Of a DNA stretch of 64,000 bases, positions 33,076-43,798 are shown one piece after another. Positions within the stretch are counted from its first letter, which is position 1. Each line of letters opens with the position of its first letter. The stretch comes from Escherichia coli (GTDB taxonomy: Bacteria; Pseudomonadota; Gammaproteobacteria; Enterobacterales; Enterobacteriaceae). The translations under genes were made by a program, and so were the position numbers. Below the pieces are notes generated by a model. It saw only the letters and a list, made by a program, of their open reading frames with translations. It was not told where the DNA came from and did not search any database. Location of the stretch: assembly GCF_041248615.1 (NCBI RefSeq), contig NZ_CP158426.1; one strand, written 5' to 3'.

Positions 33076-33287
33076 GTCGTGATGTGAACTGACTCAGGAA
33101 CCTATCAGATTGAGAGTTACCGTTCTACTATGAGGACCGAATCCTTATATAAAACACTGAGGTAACTCTCATGCTTCATATCCAGTATTCATGATGCTGG
33201 CTTTTTGCTGATATTTACCCTGAACATTCCTGATACAGACTATTAATACAATCTTATCTGCGACAGATTTTATTTTCTGGATATATT

Positions 33288-33838
33288 ATGAGTGAACAAA
33301 TCAAACAGGATATCGATCTGATTGAGATTTTATTTTATCTGAAGAAAAAGATTCGTGTTATCCTTTTTATTATAGCTATCTGTATGGCAATGGTGCTGTT
33401 GTTTCTGTATATCAATAAAGATAATATAAAAGTGACTTACAGTCTAAAAATAAACCAAACAACACCAGGCATACTTGTTAGCTGTGATAGCAATAATAAC
33501 TTTGCCTGTCAGACCACAATGACTGAAGATGTTATTCAGCGAATTACTACATTTTTTCACACCAGCCCAGATGTCAAGAACAGAGAAATAAAACTGGAAT
33601 GGTCAGGAGATAAGAGAGATTTACCAACTGCTGTACAAAAATGATATACCTGACCAGGAACTGGTCATTGTATCCGAACGGTGATGGCTGTGTCACTATA
33701 AGCTCACCAGAAATAAAAAATAAATATCCTGCTGCCATTTGCCTGGCTCTGGGATTTTTTCTAAGCATTGTGATTTCTGTAATGTTTTGCCTTGTCAAAA
33801 AAATGGTAGATGAATACCAACAAAACTCTGGGCAGTAA
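33288..33838 (+). pseudogene. membrane-protein gene region at the ykgH position, split across reading frames (possibly decayed)
   Basis: ORFs 33288-33644, 33641-33838 and 33810-34007 in frames 0/2/0, each with hydrophobic stretches; junction ATGA at 33641. Confidence 0.3.
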
Positions 33839-34080
33839 TAAACAGCATTCTGATAGAGAGTGCCTGTATATAGCTGAAGTGACAATGACTGGGAAGGGAA
33901 CCCGTTTTCAGGAATGGATGCCTGTCTTTTTCACTGTAAATATCCTGGCATTACTAATGCCAGGATATTTAAAGAAGAGGAGCATAACCATGACAGAACG
34001 GGGTTAAGTCAGGTTGTCCTTAACGCTATTCACAACCTCGTATGCCGACTTCAGGTTTATGTCCAGACTTCATATCTCTC

Positions 34081-34776
34081 TCAGCAATCCTCAATAATCA
34101 GATACACCGCTTTCACCGGACCATGAACCCCAACGACTTTGATAAGCTCAATATCCGCCGTTGAACTAGGGCCGCTAATGATGTTAATGCAGGACGGCAT
34201 TCGTTCACCGGCCTGCGCTTTCTGATGCAATTTTTCTGCGAGTTGCGCTACACGCGGCAGGATTGTGCTTTTACGCAGGATAAAAAGAGAAGATTCCGGG
34301 AGCAGGCTCAATGAACGCCCGCGCCCGGCGGCGGAAAAAAGAACCACTCCTCCCGATTCGGTTAAACCATATTCAGCATACACTACGCCAACTTTAGCCT
34401 GCTCTGCTTGTGATATGTTCTCAATACCTTTCGCCGGATCCCAAACAACGGCATTGCATTCCTGCTGCAAACGTTCGCTAATCCCCAATTCCTCCAGCCT
34501 CGTGTCATCGCTAATCACGACCGACTGATCTCCCAGCTCTTTACACAGTCGTATTGCAGCTTCTGCCGCCTTCGCCTCGCTGGTCAGTTCACAGCGCGTC
34601 AACATAACATCGCTGGCAAACTGGATAAACGCGTCACAGCGCTGCTGTTGGTTAAGTGCGGTAAGCCGCTCGTTAGCATAGTTGTTAAGCGGCGCATCTT
34701 CTGCTTGCGGTTCAAGTCGCAGCGGGCGACCCAGTGCCTGAGCAACGTTATTCAAAAATTCGCTCCGATTATCCAT
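34081..34776 (-). CDS. ykgG: LutC-like lactate-utilisation protein
   Basis: ORF 34081-34923; start MDNRSEF at 34776 gives 231 aa and an 8-nt overlap with ykgF. Confidence 0.85.
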   Translation of the reverse strand: MDNRSEFLNNVAQALGRPLRLEPQAEDAPLNNYANERLTALNQQQRCDAFIQFASDVMLTRCELTSEAKAAEAAIRLCKELGDQSVVISDDTRLEELGISERLQQECNAVVWDPAKGIENISQAEQAKVGVVYAEYGLTESGGVVLFSAAGRGRSLSLLPESSLFILRKSTILPRVAQLAEKLHQKAQAGERMPSCINIISGPSSTADIELIKVVGVHGPVKAVYLIIEDC

Positions 34777-36196
34777 TCTTTTTCTCCTGCGCCTGATGTT
34801 TCTTAAACCAACTACGGAAACTCTCTCCGTCAGCTTCAGGAAGATCGCGTGCTTCCATCCAGTCGCTAATCGCGCCAAATTTGAGTGGTGTTTTGCCGCC
34901 ATTGATAAACCAGCTTGCCGCATGAGCGCCGGCCATCATCCCGACTTTCCACAATCCTGGATGACTATTGGCATAAGCGAACATTTTTATCGCCCGTTGC
35001 TCTGCTTTTGCGGTGATCCCTTTTTCAGCCATCACCCGACGATGACGCAAAATCAGTTTTGACAGCGGAATACGCACCGGACACACGTTGTCACAAGCAG
35101 TGCATAAAGAGCAGGCGTAGGGTAAATCTTTAAAATCTTTATAGCCGCCAAGTAGCGGAGAAATCACCGCACCAATTGGCCCTGGATAAATAGAGCCATA
35201 TCCATGACCGCCAATATGGCGATATGCCGGACAAGTATTCATACAAGCCCCGCAGCGAATACAGCGCAGCACATCCCGAAATTCAGAGGCCAGCACCTCA
35301 GAACGCCCGTTATCGACAATAACCAGATGAAACTCTTCAGGACCATCAACGTGCCCCGCTTCGCGCGGTCCTGTCAGCCAGGTGTTGTATCCCGTCAAAC
35401 GTGCACCAACGGCACTGCGCGCCAGCATGGTGATCAATACATCTACCTCGGCAAACGTGGGGGCAATACGCTCCATTCCCATCACTGCAATATGCGTTTT
35501 AGGCAGCGTGGTACACATTCGCGCATTACCTTCATTGGTCACCAGGCATACCGAACCGGTCTCTGCCACCGCGAAATTACAGCCGGTAATACCTATTTCA
35601 GCACTGAGGAAATCTTCGCGGATTTTTTGCCGGATGAATAAGGTCATTGCTTCAGGCGTTTCCGACCCCTCATAGCCCAGACGTTCGTGTAGCACCCGAC
35701 GGATCTGATGGCGATCTTTATGAATTGCCGGGACCACAACATGAGAGGGCGGATCTTGATCCAGCTGGAGAATGTATTCACCCAGATCGGTTTCAATCAC
35801 CTGAATGCCAGCATCCTGCAACACATGATTGACACCAATCTCTTCGGTCACCATCGATTTAGATTTCACCACCTTCCGGGCATTTTTGCGTTGGGCAACC
35901 TGTAAAATGTAGCGAGTGGCGTCTTCTTTAGTTTTTGCAAAATAGACGTGACCGCCGTTTTGCGTCACTTTTTCTGAGAGCTGGTACAGATAAGCGTCGA
36001 GATTACTCAGAACATGATCACGTATCTGGGCGGCCCGATCGCGCCACTCCTCCCAGTGCCCCAATTCATCGACCATTTTTTGCCGATTTGCCCCGATACG
36101 CTGCTGCGCGTTTGCCACCGCTTTGCGCATGATCGGATCTTCAATTTGCTGACGGATGCGTGTCTTAAAATCTGTATTACTGGTTTTGATCGACAT
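34769..36196 (-). CDS. ykgF: LutB-like iron-sulfur protein
   Basis: 475 aa; two ferredoxin-like Cys clusters (CIRCGACMNTCP, CSLCTACDNVCP). Confidence 0.88.
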   Translation of the reverse strand: MSIKTSNTDFKTRIRQQIEDPIMRKAVANAQQRIGANRQKMVDELGHWEEWRDRAAQIRDHVLSNLDAYLYQLSEKVTQNGGHVYFAKTKEDATRYILQVAQRKNARKVVKSKSMVTEEIGVNHVLQDAGIQVIETDLGEYILQLDQDPPSHVVVPAIHKDRHQIRRVLHERLGYEGSETPEAMTLFIRQKIREDFLSAEIGITGCNFAVAETGSVCLVTNEGNARMCTTLPKTHIAVMGMERIAPTFAEVDVLITMLARSAVGARLTGYNTWLTGPREAGHVDGPEEFHLVIVDNGRSEVLASEFRDVLRCIRCGACMNTCPAYRHIGGHGYGSIYPGPIGAVISPLLGGYKDFKDLPYACSLCTACDNVCPVRIPLSKLILRHRRVMAEKGITAKAEQRAIKMFAYANSHPGLWKVGMMAGAHAASWFINGGKTPLKFGAISDWMEARDLPEADGESFRSWFKKHQAQEKKNG

Positions 36197-36206
36197 CTTT
36201 ATATCC

Positions 36207-36926
36207 TCAGCGGCTCATCAGCACTTCAGCAATATGCATTACTTTGACTTTCTGCCCTTCCCGTTGTAATCGCCCACTGATGTTCAGCAGGCAACTCACG
36301 TCAGCACCAATTAAATACTCAGGGCGGACTTCCATCAGGTGCGCAACCTTTTCTTTCACCATCTCGCCGGATATTTCGGCCATTTTGACCGAGAACGTGC
36401 CGCCAAATCCGCAGCAGGTATCCTGTTCAGCAAAGGTCAACAGCTCCAGTCCACGCACATTTTTCAGCAGCATAAGTGGCTCGTCCTTCACCCCCAGCTT
36501 ACGGGCCAGGCTACAAGATGGGTGATACACCGCTCTCCCTTGCAAACTGGCACCTACATCGACTACCCCTAATGTATTAACAATAAAAGAGGTGAGATCC
36601 TGCATACGCGCGGCAACCTTTTCGGCACGTGATGCCCATTCAGGCTCATCCGCCAGATACGTTGGGTAACTTTTTACGGCATAGGTACAGGAGCCAGCCG
36701 GTGAAATAATGGGATCGTCGTTATCCTCCAGTGCGGCGATCAGATTTTTCATCCCTGGAATCGCTTCTTTGATATAACCACTATTGATCGCAGGCTGACC
36801 GCAGCATCCCTGTTTCTCCGGGAAATTTACGCGACAGCCGAGTTTTTCCAGTAGCAGCACGGAGTCTCGTGCCATTCTTGATTTCAGGGCGTCACCAATA
36901 CAGGTGACAAAGAAATTGACATTCAC
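36207..36926 (-). CDS. ykgE: LutA-like cysteine-rich (CCG-domain) oxidoreductase subunit
   Basis: 239-aa ORF with CCG motifs. Confidence 0.85.
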   Translation of the reverse strand: MNVNFFVTCIGDALKSRMARDSVLLLEKLGCRVNFPEKQGCCGQPAINSGYIKEAIPGMKNLIAALEDNDDPIISPAGSCTYAVKSYPTYLADEPEWASRAEKVAARMQDLTSFIVNTLGVVDVGASLQGRAVYHPSCSLARKLGVKDEPLMLLKNVRGLELLTFAEQDTCCGFGGTFSVKMAEISGEMVKEKVAHLMEVRPEYLIGADVSCLLNISGRLQREGQKVKVMHIAEVLMSR

Positions 36927-37453
36927 AACTAATACTCCATTACTTCATGCCCATTTATGCCCGATGGTTCCCCCCTTCCGGGGGATCAATCATCAATAAA
37001 TATGGCGTTCTTTTTTAATTGGCTAGCAACATACCACCCCTCATTTGTATGACAAATGATAATCTTTCATCCAAACTTCAAATGCAATAACTAATTTTAT
37101 TTCTTTCGGCATCGCTCACATTTTATAGGGAAATCGACGATCATTTTTGGCATAAGAAATCCATTTAAAAAGGCTACATCCCTTATACCTATTCAGTGCT
37201 ACTTATTCAGGGGTTATTGAGATATACACTGATGGTGTACAAACAAAATCACCAACAATAATTACGTATCAAGTAATAATCGGCATTTTATTTAATTGAA
37301 GCAATTTAGTTTGCATTTTTATTTAAAAACTGAGCTAGAGTCCATCAGAAAAAAATATATAAAGCCCAAACCACCGTTGGAAATAGAAATAGTTGAAAGG
37401 CTCACAACTCCCGGAATGCGGATTATCTTTGACCTGATTTCTGGCGGTTTTAT

Positions 37454-38308
37454 TCAGGGTGCAAGCTGTCTGACCCTTTCCCGATATTCTCCCGGAGTAC
37501 AACCAAACTCGCGGACAAACGCCTTGTGAAAAGATGATTCACTGGCATAGCCTACTGACTCAGCGATCACCACAACAGGGAGCATTTCCCGGGAAAACAT
37601 CTGGGCCGCTATTTGTAGACGCAACTTTGTTAATACAGCTAGCGGCGTGGTTCCGGAAACATCACGGAAAAGCTGGGCAAAACTTGCCCGGGACATGTGG
37701 GCGATGCTGGCCAGCGATTCGACGGTCCAGGCGTGTCCTGGCATTTCCAGCATTTGCTGTATTACCGCACCAAGACGTGGATGCAGAAGCAAACTGAGAA
37801 TGTTTTTCTCTGTATTAACCTGTGCAATCCACTCACGCACCGCGAGGGTAAAGAATGTAGCGCAGATCTGGCTACACAGAGCATCCACTCCCGGCATTGC
37901 CGATCTGGATTCCTGTTGTAAAAACGGGATCGCCTCCCTCAGCCAGTTATATTCCACGCTATGGTTCACTGGTGCTACAAACAGCGTTTCCGGCAAAGAC
38001 GTTAAAAAATAACGCGCCGAATGTTGCAGCCGAAGAGTGCCACAGACAATACAGGTCGATTCATTATCGACATGACTCAGGCGATGAGCTGAATTTTGTG
38101 GTAGCAGGACCACATTTCCCGGGCGTAATGTAAAAATCTCTCCCGTCGGCATTTCCAGCTTCGCCGCTCCTTGCGTTAACGCATGCCAACGAATAACCGA
38201 CAATTCCCCGGCACCATGTGGAAGTTGCCAGTCACTTCCTAACACGCAATTCTTATCGATCGTTCCTTGTGGAGCGTTAAGCATCAACAAACGGCTAAGA
38301 GCATCCAT
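37454..38308 (-). CDS. rclR: AraC-family redox-sensing activator of reactive-chlorine response
   Basis: ORF 37454-38359; start MDALSRLL at 38308 gives 284 aa; C-terminal AraC HTH; divergent from rclA. Confidence 0.85.
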   Translation of the reverse strand: MDALSRLLMLNAPQGTIDKNCVLGSDWQLPHGAGELSVIRWHALTQGAAKLEMPTGEIFTLRPGNVVLLPQNSAHRLSHVDNESTCIVCGTLRLQHSARYFLTSLPETLFVAPVNHSVEYNWLREAIPFLQQESRSAMPGVDALCSQICATFFTLAVREWIAQVNTEKNILSLLLHPRLGAVIQQMLEMPGHAWTVESLASIAHMSRASFAQLFRDVSGTTPLAVLTKLRLQIAAQMFSREMLPVVVIAESVGYASESSFHKAFVREFGCTPGEYRERVRQLAP

Positions 38309-38534
38309 ATCAGACTCCTGAGTAGTTTTTTGATTACAAACACCAACTATCTTAGTCAATAATTAATCTAATACCATCAAATAGTTAATCATGATTTTTG
38401 TTTTATGATTCTGATTAAGAAAAAGAAAATACCAGACGATAAGACAAAATATCAAGCGTTGTGAAGAAATGTTATTTGCTCTTTTGCGTCTATAGTCATG
38501 ATGTCAAATGAACGCGTTTCGACAGGAAATCATC

Positions 38535-39860
38535 ATGAATAAATATCAGGCAGTTATTATTGGTTTTGGCAAGGCTGGAAAAACATTAGCCGTCACGCTG
38601 GCAAAAGCAGGTTGGCGTGTGGCTCTCATCGAACAATCAAATGCAATGTATGGCGGGACCTGTATTAATATCGGCTGTATCCCAACCAAAACATTGGTTC
38701 ATGACGCACAGCAGCACACAGATTTTGTCCGTGCCATACAGCGTAAAAATGAAGTGGTTAATTTTTTACGTAATAAGAATTTTCATAATCTTGCGGATAT
38801 GCCCAATATCGACGTGATCGACGGCCAGGCGGAGTTTATCAATAATCATAGCCTGCGTGTTCATCGGCCTGAGGGAAATCTGGAAATTCATGGCGAGAAA
38901 ATTTTTATTAATACCGGTGCACAAACCGTGGTTCCGCCAATTCCTGGAATTACCACCACGCCAGGAGTATATGACAGCACCGGATTACTTAATCTAAAAG
39001 AATTGCCTGGGCATTTAGGTATTTTAGGCGGCGGATATATTGGCGTTGAGTTCGCCTCTATGTTCGCTAATTTTGGCAGCAAGGTAACCATTTTAGAAGC
39101 AGCTTCGCTGTTTTTGCCTCGGGAAGATCGGGATATTGCTGATAATATCGCGACGATTTTACGCGATCAGGGCGTCGATATTATCCTCAATGCCCATGTG
39201 GAGCGAATCAGTCACCATGAAAATCAAGTGCAAGTGCATAGCGAGCACGCCCAACTGGCGGTGGATGCACTGTTAATAGCTTCCGGTCGTCAACCGGCTA
39301 CCGCTTCGTTACATCCAGAAAATGCCAGTATCGCAGTAAACGAGCGCGGGGCAATTGTCGTTGACAAGCGATTACATACCACCGCAGACAATATTTGGGC
39401 GATGGGAGATGTTACCGGCGGGCTGCAATTTACTTATATTTCACTGGATGATTACCGCATTGTACGTGATGAGTTACTGGGTGAAGGCAAACGTAGTACT
39501 GATGATCGGAAAAATGTGCCTTATTCCGTATTTATGACACCGCCCCTGTCCAGGGTTGGTATGACAGAAGAACAAGCCAGAGAGAGTGGTGCTGATATTC
39601 AGGTGGTGACATTGCCTGTAGCTGCAATTCCGCGTGCCAGAGTGATGAATGATACTCGTGGGGTATTAAAAGCGATTGTTGATAATAAAACCCAACGTAT
39701 ATTAGGGGCATCACTGCTGTGTGTTGACTCCCACGAGATGATTAATATAGTGAAAATGGTGATGGATGCCGGGCTGCCTTATAGCATATTACGCGATCAG
39801 ATATTTACTCATCCGTCGATGAGCGAATCACTCAATGATCTATTTTCATTAGTCAAATAA
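38535..39860 (+). CDS. rclA: pyridine nucleotide-disulfide oxidoreductase (flavoprotein)
   Basis: Start MNKYQAVIIGFGKAGK at 38535 gives 441 aa; redox-active CINIGC motif. Confidence 0.9.
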   Translation: MNKYQAVIIGFGKAGKTLAVTLAKAGWRVALIEQSNAMYGGTCINIGCIPTKTLVHDAQQHTDFVRAIQRKNEVVNFLRNKNFHNLADMPNIDVIDGQAEFINNHSLRVHRPEGNLEIHGEKIFINTGAQTVVPPIPGITTTPGVYDSTGLLNLKELPGHLGILGGGYIGVEFASMFANFGSKVTILEAASLFLPREDRDIADNIATILRDQGVDIILNAHVERISHHENQVQVHSEHAQLAVDALLIASGRQPATASLHPENASIAVNERGAIVVDKRLHTTADNIWAMGDVTGGLQFTYISLDDYRIVRDELLGEGKRSTDDRKNVPYSVFMTPPLSRVGMTEEQARESGADIQVVTLPVAAIPRARVMNDTRGVLKAIVDNKTQRILGASLLCVDSHEMINIVKMVMDAGLPYSILRDQIFTHPSMSESLNDLFSLVK

Positions 39861-39956
39861 ACTCAAAATCAGACGCCAGAACAAATATTCTGGCGTCTCA
39901 GAGAAAAGAATCTTATTAATTCTCTGTAACTCTATAAACTCTTAATCACTTCATTG

Positions 39957-40205
39957 ATGGTATTTTATATATTTAAAAAATCCGTTTTATTTGCAACACT
40001 ATTATCTGGCGTTATGGCATTTTCCACCAATGCAGATGATAAAATAATTCTGAAACATATCAGCGTCTCGTCAGTATCAGCATCACCGACAGTTCTGGAG
40101 GATGCCATTGCTGATATAGCCAGAAAATATAATGCTTCATCCTGGAAAGTCACATCGATGCGAATTGATAATAATTCAACCGCAACAGCAGTATTGTATA
40201 AATAA
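39957..40205 (+). CDS. rclB: small periplasmic protein (DUF1471)
   Basis: ORF track begins at TTG 39954; first ATG 39957; signal peptide then DUF1471-like sequence. Confidence 0.75.
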   Translation: MVFYIFKKSVLFATLLSGVMAFSTNADDKIILKHISVSSVSASPTVLEDAIADIARKYNASSWKVTSMRIDNNSTATAVLYK

Positions 40206-40216
40206 GGATGTTCACA

Positions 40217-40810
40217 ATGGAAAAATACCTGCATCTGTTAAGTCGGGGAGATAAAATTGGCCTGACATTGATTCGTCTGAGTATTGCGATTGTTTTTATG
40301 TGGATTGGGTTATTAAAGTTTGTCCCTTACGAGGCAGACAGCATTACACCATTCGTCGCAAACAGTCCACTAATGTCGTTCTTTTATGAACACCCGGAAG
40401 ACTATAAACAGTATCTGACTCACGAAGGCGAATACAAACCAGAAGCAAGGGCATGGCAATCGGCCAATAATACCTATGGTTTTTCCAACGGTCTTGGCGT
40501 CGTGGAGGTGATTATTGCTCTGCTGGTTTTGGCTAATCCTGTCAATCGCTGGTTAGGTTTATTGGGAGGGCTGATGGCATTTACCACACCGTTGGTAACA
40601 CTCTCATTTTTAATCACCACCCCGGAGGCATGGGTACCCGCATTGGGTGACGCTCATCATGGTTTCCCTTATTTATCCGGTGCTGGTCGCCTGGTATTGA
40701 AAGATACTCTGATGCTGGCAGGTGCTGTCATGATAATGGCAGATTCGGCGCGGGAAATTCTTAAACAACGCAGTAATGAATCCAGTTCAACGTTAAAAAC
40801 TGAATATTGA
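40217..40810 (+). CDS. rclC: inner-membrane protein (DUF417)
   Basis: Start MEKYLHLL at 40217 gives 197 aa; hydrophobic. Confidence 0.8.
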   Translation: MEKYLHLLSRGDKIGLTLIRLSIAIVFMWIGLLKFVPYEADSITPFVANSPLMSFFYEHPEDYKQYLTHEGEYKPEARAWQSANNTYGFSNGLGVVEVIIALLVLANPVNRWLGLLGGLMAFTTPLVTLSFLITTPEAWVPALGDAHHGFPYLSGAGRLVLKDTLMLAGAVMIMADSAREILKQRSNESSSTLKTEY

Positions 40811-40842
40811 TAATCCGAACACTGTCTGTTGTTCACTTTTTC

Positions 40843-40882
40843 AGGCGTCAGGCCCCCTTTCTGATGATGAAGCCTGACGCCA
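40843..40882. terminator. hairpin between convergent rclC and aldo-keto reductase gene
   Basis: GGCGTCAGGC ... GCCTGACGCC perfect 10-bp arms with about 18-nt loop. Confidence 0.35.
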
Positions 40883-40969
40883 TATTACCGGAGATATGAC
40901 AGAGTGAAGATCAATATCACTCCCCTGTTAAAAGATTCTTGTCGTCTCAGGTAAAATACATGATTAATA

Positions 40970-41854
40970 TCAATCATGTATTTTTACAGCAAGACAACCA
41001 CGAACAAATTCAGGATTAAAATGTTTTACCGACTCCCCAACATAACCCAAATCAAGCGAACTAATTTGTGCCATTTCTTTCTCTGTCAGTGAGAAATCCC
41101 AGATAGCAAAATTTTCTTCGATACGCTGTTGATGTGTCGATTTCGGAATAACGACCACTCCCCGTTGAATATTCCAACGCAGAATGACTTGAGAAATCGA
41201 TTTTTGATGGGCATCTGCAATACTCTGAAGCAGATTATTTTCAAAGGGTTTATGTCGTCCACCACCTAACGGAGCCCATGCTTCAGGCTGCACGTTATAA
41301 TACTTCATGGTTGCCAGCGCCTCTGGTTGGGCAAAATAGGGATGCAACTCGACCTGGTTGACCATCGGTTTAACTCTTACCGTTTCACAAAAGTTCGCCA
41401 GAACATGAGGATAGAAATTGGAAACCCCAATTGCTTTTAATTTGCCCTCTTCATAGGCATCTTCGAGTGCACGCCACGCACTGAAATAATCGCGCATAGC
41501 CTGGTGCAATAAATAGAGGTCGAAGTATTCTAGTCCCGATTTTTTTAATGATGCTTCAATACCTGCTTTTGCCGTATCCTGATTCAACATATCCTGCACC
41601 CACAATTTAGACGTTATAAATAACTCATCTCGGGTACATAAACCTTCAGATATAGCTTCACGAACGGCTTCACCGACGGCATCTTCATTACCGTATACCG
41701 CTGCAGTGTCGATGAGTCGATAACCCGTGCGGATAGCATTCAACACTGACTGTTTGCACACGTCTTTATCGGTAACCTGAAAAACACCAAATCCCATCAT
41801 CGGCATTTTCAGATTGTTACTTAATACGGAAAATTCCACTGTCAGTCCCTCCAT
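40970..41854 (-). CDS. aldo-keto reductase
   Basis: 294-aa ORF; AKR N-terminal pattern MPMMGFGVFQV, LIDTAAVYGNE. Confidence 0.85.
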   Translation of the reverse strand: MEGLTVEFSVLSNNLKMPMMGFGVFQVTDKDVCKQSVLNAIRTGYRLIDTAAVYGNEDAVGEAVREAISEGLCTRDELFITSKLWVQDMLNQDTAKAGIEASLKKSGLEYFDLYLLHQAMRDYFSAWRALEDAYEEGKLKAIGVSNFYPHVLANFCETVRVKPMVNQVELHPYFAQPEALATMKYYNVQPEAWAPLGGGRHKPFENNLLQSIADAHQKSISQVILRWNIQRGVVVIPKSTHQQRIEENFAIWDFSLTEKEMAQISSLDLGYVGESVKHFNPEFVRGCLAVKIHD

Positions 41855-42053
41855 TAGGTATGAACAATGAGTCTACGTTAAAACGTAACCTCAAATTAGT
41901 ATGTGGATTTTGATATCACTTATGCAAAAAATTCATTAATAATGTAGGACTGAAACCTCTCTATTTTTGGGGCAATGAAGCAGACGCTATCAGTGCTTTT
42001 GCCTTGGGACTTGCTGTTTTTGATACACTTAAGGCCCAGGACATAACGAAAAT

Positions 42054-42467
42054 GTGCGATATTACAAAGAATTAACGGAGAATGTGATGATCAGGCAGAA
42101 GATTCTACAGCAGCTCCTGGAGTGGATTGAGTGCAATCTTGAGCACCCTATTTCAATCGAAGATATCGCACAGAAATCTGGCTACAGCAGACGCAACATC
42201 CAGCTTCTGTTCCGAAATTTCATGCATGTGCCTTTGGGAGAATACATTCGCAAACGAAGGCTTTGTCGTGCCGCCATTCTTGTCCGACTCACCGCGAAAT
42301 CTATGCTTGATATTGCACTCTCTTTACATTTTGACTCACAGCAGTCATTCAGCCGCGAATTTAAAAAGTTATTCGGCTGCTCTCCCCGTGAATACCGCCA
42401 CCGTGATTATTGGGATCTCGCAAATATCTTCCCTTCTTTTTTAATACGTCAACAGCAAAAGACGGAG
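42054..42467 (+). pseudogene. Rob-like AraC-family regulator, N-terminal HTH fragment, interrupted by IS2
   Basis: AraC HTH (ISIEDIAQKSGYSRRNIQLLFR ... FDSQQSFSREFKKLFGCSPREYR); ORF reads into the IS2 terminal repeat at 42468; occupies the ykgA position. Confidence 0.8.
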
Positions 42468-42478
42468 TGGATTTGCCC

Positions 42479-43384
42479 CTATATTTCCAGACACCTGTTA
42501 TCACTTAACCCATTACTGGCCTGCTGCCGCAGATATTCCCGTGGCGAGCGATAACCCAGTGCACTATGCGGATGCCATTCGTTATAATGCTCGAACGCCT
42601 CTGCAAGGTTCTTTGCTGCCGTTAACCCGTCTGGTTTAGGCATGATACTGATGTAGTCACGCTTTATCGTTTTCACGAAGCTCTCTGCTATGCCGTTACT
42701 CTCCGGACTCCGCACCGCCGTGTTCTTCGGTTCAAGCCCCAATATCCGGGCAAACTGCCGTGTTTCATTAGCCCGGTAGCATGAACCATTATCCGTCAGC
42801 CACTCTACTGGAGACGCCGGAAGCTCGTTGCCGAAGCGGCGTTCCACCGCTCCCAGCATGACGTCCTGTACTGTTTCACTGTCGAAGCCGCCCGTAGTGA
42901 CTGCCCAGTGCAGTGCCTCACGGTCACAGCAGTCCAGCGCGAACGTGACTCGCAGTTTTTCTCCGTTATCACAGCGGAACTCGAACCCGTCAGAGCACCA
43001 TCGTTGATTGCTTTCTTTCACGGCCACTTTGCCAGTATGTGCCCGTTTCGATGGCGGTACAGCGGTTTTTCGCTCAAGCAACAGCGCATTCTGGCGCATG
43101 ATCCGGTAAACACGTTTGGCATTGATCGCAGGCGTACCATCAAGTTCGGCCTGTCTGCGAAGCAGCGCCCATACCCGACGATAACCATACGTGGGCAGCT
43201 CTCCGATAACATGGTGTATACGGAGAAGCACATCCGTATCATCTGAGTGACGGCTGCGGCGACCATCTTTCCAGTCATCGGTTCGTCTGAGAATTACGTG
43301 CAACTGCGCACGCGACACCCGGAGACAACGGCTGACTAAGCTTACTCCCCATCCCCGGGCAATAAGGGCGCGTGCGCTATCCAC
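42479..43384 (-). CDS. insD: IS2 transposase OrfB (InsD)
   Basis: 301 aa, recognised IS2 InsD sequence ([30 protein letters not shown]...). Confidence 0.9.
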   Translation of the reverse strand: MDSARALIARGWGVSLVSRCLRVSRAQLHVILRRTDDWKDGRRSRHSDDTDVLLRIHHVIGELPTYGYRRVWALLRRQAELDGTPAINAKRVYRIMRQNALLLERKTAVPPSKRAHTGKVAVKESNQRWCSDGFEFRCDNGEKLRVTFALDCCDREALHWAVTTGGFDSETVQDVMLGAVERRFGNELPASPVEWLTDNGSCYRANETRQFARILGLEPKNTAVRSPESNGIAESFVKTIKRDYISIMPKPDGLTAAKNLAEAFEHYNEWHPHSALGYRSPREYLRQQASNGLSDNRCLEI

Positions 43385-43707
43385 TTTTTTGCACGCCCGT
43401 ATTCAACGGCTTCTTTAAGGAGTTCATTTTCCATCGTTTTTTTGCCGAGCAGGCGCTGGAGTTCTTTAATCTGCTTCATGGCAGCAGCAAGTTCAGAGGC
43501 AGGAACGACCTGCTCTCCTGCGGCCACAGCAGTAAGACTTCCCTCCTGGTATTGCTTGCGCCAGAGAAATAACTGGCTGGCTGCCACACCGTGTTGCCGG
43601 GCAACAAGGGAGACCTTCATTCCCGGTTCAAAACTCTGCTGAACAATAGCGATCTTTTCCTGTGTAGTACGCCGTCTGCGTTTCTCCGGTCCTAAGACAT
43701 CAATCAT
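43342..43707 (-). CDS. insC: IS2 OrfA (InsC)
   Basis: ORF 43342-43752; conserved start [13 protein letters not shown] at 43707 gives 121 aa; overlaps insD as in IS3-family frameshift arrangement. Confidence 0.88.
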   Translation of the reverse strand: MIDVLGPEKRRRRTTQEKIAIVQQSFEPGMKVSLVARQHGVAASQLFLWRKQYQEGSLTAVAAGEQVVPASELAAAMKQIKELQRLLGKKTMENELLKEAVEYGRAKKWIAHAPLLPGDGE

Positions 43708-43798
43708 CTGCTCTCCAATGACTAGTCTAAAAACTAGTATTAAGACTATCACTTATTTAAGTGATATTGGTTGTCTGGAGATTCATGGGGCCAGTCTA

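Larger units (their letters stand above)
42468..43798 (-). mobile_element. IS2 insertion sequence, complete, 1331 bp
   Basis: Terminal repeats TGGATTTGCCCCTATATTTCCAGACA (42468) and ...CCAGTCTA (43798); InsC/InsD ORFs; flanked by direct repeat CGGAG at 42463-42467 and 43799-43803. Confidence 0.92.

Noticed and set aside
37296-37529. 77-aa ORF in the ykgE-rclR intergenic region
   Set aside because: Overlaps the 3' end of rclR on the opposite strand, AT-rich, no SD; more likely promoter DNA for ykgEFG.
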